Assembly: GCF_009914755.1 (NCBI RefSeq)
Contig: NC_060948.1
Reading direction: 5' to 3' (one strand)
DNA length: 64,000 nucleotides
From: the human T2T-CHM13v2.0 reference genome, Homo sapiens
The notes under the pieces are model-generated. The model had not been told where the DNA came from. It worked only from the letters and a program-made list of their open reading frames with translations, and did not search any database. Both the position numbers and the translations under genes were made by a program. Position 1 is the first letter of the stretch, and each line of letters opens with the position of its first letter. Shown one piece after another: positions 50,255 to 64,000 of the stretch.

Positions 50255-50740
50255 TAGTTCATTCAGGCTGTTGTAGCAAAATACCACCGACTGGGTGGCT
50301 TTTTTTTTTTTTTTTTGAGACAGAGTCTTGCTCTGTCACCCAGGCTGGAGTGTAGTCGTGCAATCTAGGCTCACTGCAAACTCCGCCTCCTGGGTTCACA
50401 CTATTCTCCTGCCTCAGCCTCCAGAGTAGCAAACCACAGACATTTATTATTGTTCACAATTCTGGAGGCTGGAGGTCCAAGATGAAGGCATGGCAGATTT
50501 GGTGTCTGGTGGGGACCTGCTTCCTGGTTCATAGATGGTGCCTTCTCGCTGTGTCCTCACATGGTGGAAGGGGTGAGGGAGCCCTCTGGGGTCCCTTTAT
50601 AAGGGCAGTGATCCCATTCATGAGGCTCCAACCTCACGACCTCATCACCTCCCTAGGGCCTCACCTCCTGACACCATTACCTTGCAGGTGAGGATTTCAA
50701 CACAGGAATTTTAGGGGGACACAGACATTGAGTCCACGGC
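50255..50740 (-). mobile_element. MLT1A/MST-like LTR with a truncated Alu at 50300-50430
   Basis: caaaataccaccgactgggtggctt ... cacaattctggaggctgg. Confidence 0.78.
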
Positions 50741-51592
50741 ATCCCCACACAGCATGCTGCCGGGACGAATGGCATCTGAACTGGTGAGATTCTACTGTGT
50801 GCATAAATCAGCAGCCTTGTGGGCAGTGTTGACATAGCAATTAGGAGTGTTGTTTGTAGCCTAACAATACACAGAAAGTGGAGCTCAGCCCTTTGATCTT
50901 ATTTATCTTGTGTGGGTGCTCCGTGTGAGACAGGCTCATGCATGTGTGAATGACAGTTTCCTTTAAGTGCATCATGCAAATGCCAAGAGATGAGATCAAA
51001 TATTACACGTCAGAGAACATTTCCAAGGATAGAAGTCCTGCCGGTTTCTCCTCTTCATTGTTTATTTCATTTTATTTTTTTAATTTAAGTTAAATTAAAA
51101 TACATGTTAAATTAAATTTAAGTTAAATTAAGATACATGTGCAGGACTTATTTTAAATAAAAGAGACAGGGTCTCGCTGTGTTGCCCAGGCTAGTCTTGA
51201 ACCCCTGGGCTCAAGCATTCCGCCTGCCTCCGCTGCTGGCACATAAATGCCAAGAGTGCAGGGACCTCTGTGTGTTGGAGTCGCTTTCATCTCCCACATC
51301 CAAAGAACAGACCCGGCACTTAGTGTGTGCCCAAGACCATCCACTGCATGAATAGAGAAATCAACCCTCCTCATATGCCTGGGATTTCCTGAGGTGGGAA
51401 ACCTTCAATGCTAGCTGGGAAAGTCCCAGGCAGAGACAGGGACAAGCTGGTCACTCTGTGTGTGAATAAATAAATGAATGGATGATGGCATTATCGGCAG
51501 TTGTTCTTTATGACACTCACTGATGCCAAGTACTGGACGGGTACAATATGTACATTAGTTTATGGGCAGAAGTTCCACCATGACAATATTAA

Positions 51593-53157
<1,565 letters not shown>

Positions 53158-53629
53158 GGAAGTATCAAGGGAGATGATTACACAGTGCCTGGCACACTGT
53201 AGGTCTCCAAAAAATAAACCTTTTCTATCCATCAGTTTCCTCTTCTCTCCAGCATGAAATTGCGTATGTAAAGTTGAAAAGAAAAAAGAGAGAGAGAATC
53301 TTTCAAAAAGGTGGTAATGTTGGTGGCATTGTGGTTGTTTAAAACAAACAAACAAACAAACAAAAAACCTTGGGGGAAATACAGAGAAAGCCCCAAGGCA
53401 GTCCTTCCAAAAAGCTGAAAGTGCTTTGCTTTGTCTGGAATTGTGACCGAGTTTTCCCTGTTAGAAAAGTCTGTGGTTAGAAGCTTCCTGTTAAGCCAGC
53501 TTCCTGGTAAGAAGGTGGAACCGTTGTTTCTTCTGTGTGACGGGTTCCCTCTGCCGTTTCTGTAGGTTGCCTCCCTGTGGTCGTTTACTGTGGTGGGTCC
53601 AGACTCAAAACCAGGTTTGGGGCCACCAT

Positions 53630-53978
53630 CATCATATTTGTGTCCCCCACCCCAAGATTCTTATGTCGACACCCTAGTCCCCAAGATGATGATATTAGCA
53701 GGTAGGGCTTTTAGGAGGTGATGAGGTCATGAGGGTGGGTCCTCATGAATGGGATCAGTGTCTTTATAAAAGGGACCCCAGGGAGCTCCCTCGCCCCTTC
53801 CACTATATGAGGACACAGCAAGATAGCACTGTTAATTAGGAAGCTGGTCTCTGCCAGATGCTGAATCTTCCACACCTTCATCTTGGACTTCCAGCCTCCA
53901 GGACTGACAGCAGTAAATGTCTATTGTTTCTAAGCCTTGGTCTACTGTGTTTTGTGATGGCAGCCCAAATGGATTTAG
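53630..53978 (+). mobile_element. MLT1A-like LTR
   Basis: Similar to 8223-8560. Confidence 0.78.
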
Positions 53979-54394
53979 ATGGGGCTCTATTCACCCCATG
54001 CAGCAGGGTCCATGGAAAGGCAGCTGTGATGAGATGATCCATCATTACCTCTTTCATGCAGACTGAACATCTCTGCTTTTCTGTTCTGTTCTCTTCCACT
54101 TTTTCATGCTATATTTTCTCAGCATTATTCCTCTTGTTTCTGGCCTCTTTTGAAGTCTTCTTTTCCAGGGATCTGCATTTCCCCCATCCTCTTGAACAAG
54201 AAACTACTGGCCCTGGGTCTCCTTACCTTGCCTCCCACGTGTTGCTCATCTCCTTGGAGATGGAAACTGAAGAAGAGGAAGAAATTTTAACATGAAGAGG
54301 AACATAGAACACACAGATCCCGAGAGATGGAGAAAGCCAACCCAGTGGCTCAGGGAGACAGCTGGGAGGGGAAATGGGGAGGACTGCTGAATAG

Positions 54395-54535
54395 AATATC
54401 CAGTCTCCTTTGGGGGCGATAAACATATTTTGGAACTAGATTGAGATGACAGTTGTACAACACTGTGAATATGCTAAATGTCACTAGATGGTCAATTTTA
54501 AAATGATTCATTTTATGTTATAGTGAATTTCACCT
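54395..54535 (+). mobile_element. L1MB/MC 3' fragment
   Basis: ttttggaactaga...gttgtacaacactgtgaat. Confidence 0.6.
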
Positions 54536-54943
54536 TGATGGGAAAGAAGATAAAGAGGAAGCTGGTGGCTCGAGCCTGTAATCCCAGGACTGTGCAAGGA
54601 AAGAGACAGAGTTTGACGCTACTGGTGGCCAGGTCTTGCAGAGCATGGTGGCAGACTTTTTTTTTTTGTTATCGAGTCTAGCTCTGTCGCCCAGGCTGGA
54701 GTGTAGTGGCGTGATCTCAGCTCACTCCAACCTCCACCCCCCAGTTCAAGTGATTCTCCTACCTCAGTCTCCTGAGCAGCAGGGACTACAGATGCCTGCC
54801 ACCACACCCGGCTAATTTTTGTCTTTTTGGTAGAGACGGGGTTTCACCATTGAGATCATGAGTGGTGGGATTCTTGGTCTTCTTGTTCTGTTTTGGAGAT
54901 GGAAGCCACAGGAGCCCCTTCGAGAATGAATGTAGGGTGTAAC

Positions 54944-55640
54944 TGTATTAGTTTGCTCTGACTGTCATAACAAAATACCACAGACTGAGTGACTTATTTA
55001 ATAGAAATTAATTTTCCCACAGTCCTGGAGGCTGGAAGTCTGAGATCAAGGTGTGGGCAGGCCTGGTTCCTCCTAAGGCCTCTCTCTTGGGCTTGTAGAT
55101 GCTATCTTCTCCCTGTGTCCTCACAGGGCCATCCCTCCATTCGCCTTTGTGTCCTTATCTCCTCTTTTTTAATTTTTATTTTTTTAGAGACAGGATTTTG
55201 CTCTGGCCCAGCCCAGAGTTCAGTGGTGCTATCATAGCTCACTGCAGCCTTGGCTTCCTGGGCCCAAAGCAACGCTCCCACCTCAGCCTCTTGAATAGCT
55301 GGGACCACAGGTGTGCACCACCATGCTCAGCTTTTGTATATATATTTTTCCTAGAGATGGAGTCTCCCAATGTTGCCTAGGCTGGTCTCAAATCCTGGCC
55401 TCAAGAAATCCTCCTGCCTCAGCCTCCCAAAGTGCTGCGATTACAGGTATGAACCACTGCACCCAGCTTCCTCTTCTTACTAGGATACCAGTCCTATTGG
55501 GTCAGGGTCCACCCTAATGACTTCATTCTACCTTAATTAACTCCTCAAGGACAGCATTTCCAAACAGTCACATGCTAAAGTCTGGGGATGAGGGCATTGA
55601 TATATGATTTTTTGGGGCACATAATTCAGATCATTGCCCC
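54944..55640 (-). mobile_element. MLT1B-like LTR with a nested Alu (55175-55468)
   Basis: tgtattagtttgct...cataacaaaataccacagactg. Confidence 0.78.
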
Positions 55641-55834
55641 TGTGAAAATTGTAATGCATCTAGGGATACATTGGAACTTCTCCTAAAGCAATATTGTAGT
55701 GTCACCCCAGTTAAAGCTGGCTTCTTAGAAGATCCCCCTTGTTGGTTGACTTCTGCAATCTCTCTCATGTTCCTTCACACTGTCTTAGTCTTGCATGGCT
55801 GCTGGAATGAAGGACCACAAATACAGTGGCTTAA

Positions 55835-56095
55835 ACTCACATGCAATGAAGAGATACCTGCACTTTCAGGTTCACTGCAGCCTGAGTCACACAATAACCA
55901 AGATAGGTCAACAACCCCTGTGTCTGTCAGCGGATGAGTGGGTGAAGAAAATATGGTCTGTACACAATGGTGTACTATTCAGCCTGTAAAAACAATAAAG
56001 TCCTGTCATTTGCAACAATGTGGATGCAACTGGAGGTCATTATGCTCTGAGAAATAAGCCAGGCACAGAGAGACAAATACGGCATTATCTCACTC
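55835..56095 (+). mobile_element. L1MA fragment
   Basis: cctgtcatttgcaacaatgtggatg. Confidence 0.7.
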
Positions 56096-56256
56096 CTTTT
56101 TTTTTGGACAGGGTCTCACTTGGACACCCAGGCTGGAGTGCAGTGATGTGGTATCACTGCAGCATTGACGTCCCAGGCTCAAGGGATCCTCTCACCTCAG
56201 CCTCCTGAGTAGCTGGGACTGCAGGTGTGCATCACCACGCCAGGCTATTGTTTTGA

Positions 56257-56457
<201 letters not shown>

Positions 56458-56972
56458 TAGAGGGCAGATTGTTTGCACAGAAACCTGGGCATGTGGATGA
56501 ATTTGGTAATACTCACGTGTGTGCGGGTAAACTTGGCAGACCCCTTTTTTTCCAAGGTTCCCTTGTGCAAAAAGAATGAAACCAGTGCAACCAATACTTT
56601 TAAGAAGCCCCTCCTTTCTGGAGTGTTTTCACGTTGCATTTCTCGGGTGGGCATGTTTTCCTGGCATCTCCGATTCTGTGCTGTGTTGGGTAACACAGGA
56701 TGATGGACATTTTGCTTCCCTATTAGGATCTTAAGTGAAAGTCCAGTTGGCATTTGCATTTGATCTGAGTAGGAGAAAACATGATAAATAGCCATTAGAG
56801 GCCAGGCCTGGGGGCTCACACCTGTAATCCCAGCACTTTGGTAGGCCGAGGTGGGCAGATCACCTGAGGTCAGGAGTTTGAAACCAGCCTGGCTAACATG
56901 ACGAAACCCCGTTTGTACCCAAAAATACAAAAACTAGCTGGGCACGGTAGTGGGTGCCTGTCATCCCAGCTA

Positions 56973-57125
<153 letters not shown>

Positions 57126-58643
57126 TTAGATGCATTTGAAGCCTCCCAGCAATTCTCCCATGATGGCAGAATAGGCATCCAGGAGACTCACCCTACCCTG
57201 TCTGAACACCTTTAGCGAAGATGTAAATGATCTGCAGAGGATACTCAGGTGCGAGGATGGAAATTCCTTCTCCCTCCAGCACTGATGGCTTCCACCTTCC
57301 TGTGGTCTAAGGAGACCACACAGAGGTTGTCAGTGTGGGAGGCTGTTGCCAGTATGGTGAGTTTCCTATGGAGGAATTTCCTGTGGGACACCTCTGGGCA
57401 GTTCTTCCCGCCTTTCATGTCTTCTGTCAGATGATAGAGTGGCCAGGTCAAGGGATTATCATGATTTTATTTGTTTTTTGTTTTTTAGAGACAAGGTGTT
57501 GCTCTGTCGCCCAGGCTGGAGTGCAGTAGGGGTGCAATCAATAGCTCAGCTGCAGCCTCAAACTACAGGGCTCAAGTGATCCTCCTGCCTCAGTCTCCCA
57601 GGTAGCTGGGACTACAGGGACACACCACAATGCACAGCTCATTCTCTCATAAGATGGAGAGAAGAGAAGAGAGGAGGACATAAAACTGTCCATATGACTA
57701 GTTTGGGCCTTTCCATCCTGCTTAATCCAGAACTGTCAAGGTTAGACCCTGGTCATTCTTTAATATGTTTGAAAAATACGGCTGGGCACGGTGGCTCACA
57801 CGTGTAATCCCAGCACTTTGGAAGGCCAGGGTGAGAGGATCACTTGAGTCCAGACGTTTGAGACCAGCCTGGGCAACATAAGAAGACCCCACTGCTACAA
57901 AGGGGGAAAAAAATCAGCCATGCATGGGGACGCATGCCTGTGGTCCCAGCTATTCGGGGGGCTGAGACGGGAGGATTGCTTGAGCTCGGGAGGTAGAGGC
58001 TTCAGTGAGCTGCGATTGTGCTACTGCACTCTAGCTTGTGTGACAGAGTGAGACCCTGCCTCAATTAAAAAAAAAAAAAAGAAAAATAGACCTTCCTTCT
58101 ATACAATGTCTTCCCTGCTGGCCTCCATGCCCTCGTACCTGTTTAAAAATCCACTGGAATTTTTCACCAGGACATAGAAAAAGGAAGTTGTCTCACGCAG
58201 TTCCTGTTAAATTGCACAAGTCCACACAGATCCTTGCAACCCACGCTACCATTTACTTAGCATGCGTTGTGTGTGGGCATTACATTATTCTCCGAGGTAG
58301 TTATTTTGGATGTTATACTGGGGAGGTACCCCATCAAAGAGATTTGGAGGGCAACCTGTGGAGGGTTCTTTTAAAATTGTTGACAACTAATTTGGTGGAT
58401 GTTTTCACCTTGGTGAATCGTTCCCTTGGGAGTCATTTTGCAGAACAAAGGGGTTGCACACAGGTGTGGCCAGAGAAACCTTGGCACAGAAGAAAGAAGT
58501 GCTTTGTCATGCTTAGGGCACCTGGGATCTCTTTGGATGGGCAGGCAGAGGGGAACTCTGTGAAGCCTGCCTGCATTTATTTGGGTATGCATGCTTATGT
58601 TGGAGTCTTGGCAATAAGAGGACCAGAGTGGAGGGAACAGAAC

Positions 58644-59196
58644 TGTTAACAGAAAGGGTCCAGATTCAGACACCAAGAGAGGGTTCTTGGATCTCGCGCA
58701 AGAAAAAATTCAGGGCAAATCCATAGAGTAAAGTGAAAGCAAGTTTACTGAGAAAGTAGAGGAATAAAAGAATGGCTCCTCCATAGGCAGAGCGGCCTCG
58801 AGGGCTGCTGGTTGCCCATTTTTATGGCTATTTCTTGATTATATGGTAAATGAAAGGTGAATTATTCATGCCTCCCCTTTTTAGACCAAATAGGGTAACT
58901 TCCTGATGTTGCCGTGGCATTTGTAAACTGTCATGGCGCTGGTGGGAGTATAGCTGTGAGGACAACCAGAGGTCACTCTTGTCGGCGTCTTGGTTTGGGT
59001 GGGATTTGGCCAGCTTCTTTACCGCAACCTGTTTTATCAGCAAGCTCTTTATGACCGGCATCTTGTGCTGAACTCCTATCTCATCCCGTGACTTAGAATG
59101 CCTTAACCATCTGGGCACACAGCCCAGCAGGCTTCAGCCTCATGTTAACCAACACCTCTTCAAGATGGAGTTGCTCTGGTTCAGATGCCACTGACA
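58644..59196 (-). mobile_element. MER41A-like solo LTR in PRKY intron 1
   Basis: Reverse complement of the MER41 sequence, TG...CA ends, near-TSD gaac/gagc; lacks the GAS-containing segment. Confidence 0.87.
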
Positions 59197-59349
59197 GAGC
59201 TAGCTTATAGTTGGGACAATGTCATAGGGAATTATTCTTAAAAGATTGCAAAATCCAGCTTGGATGAGATTCCAGAAATCAAAAGGGTGTTGAGAAAGCA
59301 ACTTGTCTAGAATTTCCTCTTCATGGGCTGTTGATTCTGTTCGCAATCA

Positions 59350-60581
<1,232 letters not shown>

Positions 60582-61239
60582 TCAGTAATGTCTCAAAATA
60601 TTCCCTACACAGTTGAATAGAAATTGTTGTTGGATGTGATTTTATCTGTTAAGGCTTTTGTTTAGTTCATTGTTAAACAGTTCAGTATTTTATTTTGAGC
60701 ACAGATTCCGGTTTATCAGTTGCACTAATCTTTGCAAAGAAACTACTTTGGGTTTCTTTAATGTTTCTGTGTTGACTTCCTGTTTTCAGTTTCATTGCAG
60801 TTTGCTCTGGTTTTTCTTTTGTTTTTCTCCACTCATTTTAGGTTTCTGGAATTTTCCTGAAGCATTGCATGCTGATACAGATTCTGAGCTGGTGCTTTGA
60901 CTGTCACAAGCCAGAGGGTCCTAGAAGAAGTAGAATCATAACTGAGGAAAACTTAGGAAACCCCATCCGTTCTGCCTTTCAAAGGTCTTCAGGGCAGCGC
61001 CACGTTTCACCACCTGATTTTGGTGTTTCACAGTCTGATGTGTTCATAGCTTTTGACTATTAAACTGATTGAGCTCTGCGTTTTTTAAATTTCTGTTACC
61101 CTGCTGGTGCTGTTTGAGCTCCAGCTTCCTCCTCTGTGTAATCAGTATCCCTAGTTGCCTCTTTACCCAAAAAGCCACAGAAATAAGTGCAGAGAAAACA
61201 GGTTAGCTGCCACCTGCGACAGAAGCGTGTCCTTAAATG

Positions 61240-61835
61240 TGTCCCTGGTCTCCTGGCCACATCACTCCAGTCTCTGCCTCTGTCTCCAAATGGGGCCTTC
61301 TCTTCTGTGTCTCTGTCTCGTCTTCTGTGTCTTTATTTTATTTATTTATTTGAGATGGCGTTTCAATCTTTTGCCCAGGCTGGAGTACAGCGGTGTCATC
61401 TCGACTCACTGCACCATCCACCTCCTGGGTTCAAGTGATTCTCCTGCTTCATCCTCCTGAGTAGCTGGGATTATAGGCACCTGCCACCACCCCTGGCTTA
61501 TTTTTTCCATTTTTAGTAGAGACAGGATTTCACCATGTTGCCCAGGCTGGTCTCAAACTCCTGTCCTCCAGGTGATCCACATGGCTCGACCTCGCAAAGT
61601 GCTGGGATTACAGGCATAAGCCACTGTGCCTGGCCATTTTTTATTCATTCTCTTTTGTCTCTTAGAAGGACACTCGTTGTTGGATTTGGGTCCCACCCTA
61701 AATCCAGGATGGCCTCATCTGGAGATTGTTTACTTAATAGAAACTACAATGACCCTATTTTCGAATAAGGCTCTATTCACAGGTACCAGGGGTTAGGATG
61801 TGGACATATTTTTGGGGGGCACCATTCAACCTAAT
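61240..61835 (-). mobile_element. MLT1 fragment with a nested Alu (61335-61635)
   Basis: ttcacaggtaccaggggttaggatgtggacatattttt terminus. Confidence 0.65.
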
Positions 61836-62290
61836 CCACCCCTCAACCTCAGTACGTCCACTGCGTTCAACATGAACTGTGTCTCCTTCTTTCCCCAAAC
61901 AGAACAACTTAAGAGATCCTGTGCACCTGTACACCTTGCGTAGGTCATCAGCACTCACTGCTTATATGCCTAAGTTCTAAGCTGTGATCATCTCCACCCT
62001 CCCTCTTGCAGCCCAGTTGAGCCCATTCTCTGCCCAAGCACCTTATAAACAGGCCATTAACCCTCCATCTCCATATGTTTCACGCCCTTATTTCATACAT
62101 TATAGTATTTAATGTTCTTTTACTGATTTTTCGCAGGGTGGAAAATGTCAAGGAAAGGAACTGAGTTTGACAGTTTTAAATTCATACATTCTGCTGTCAA
62201 CATTACTTTGAAACAATTATTTAATGCAGTGCATCGGTTTCATTTAACATAAACCTATGTAGATGAAATATTTTGATAGTCACATTTTAA

Positions 62291-64000
<1,710 letters not shown>

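Overview
Primate, most likely human Y chromosome (Yp11.2), genomic DNA containing the CpG-island promoter, exon 1 and the first ~19 kb of intron 1 of PRKY (+ strand; coding exon 44640-44805). About 44 kb of repeat-dense upstream DNA precedes it. The only recognisable host coding sequence is PRKY exon 1; exon 2 was not found in the window. Nearly all other predicted ORFs are Alu, L1, LTR or low-complexity artefacts. The upstream region holds a near full-length L1PA2/3 (- strand), many Alus and unusually deep nests of solo LTRs with readable target-site duplications (TSDs). The top candidates are: (1) a TSD-bounded LTR12 (33280-35098) pointing at PRKY, which contains a nested LTR6-like LTR and a ~510-bp non-canonical GC-rich U3 insert resembling a captured antisense mRNA 5' end; (2) a TGATG-coupled uORF/overlapping-ORF pair covering the PRKY start codon; (3) a two-Alu composite inside a single 16-bp TSD; (4) a telomere-type repeat patch inside a MER41 LTR; (5) MER41 copies with and without STAT1 GAS sites. 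Repeat subfamily names come from recalled consensus sequences, and most repeat boundaries are approximate unless a TSD is quoted.
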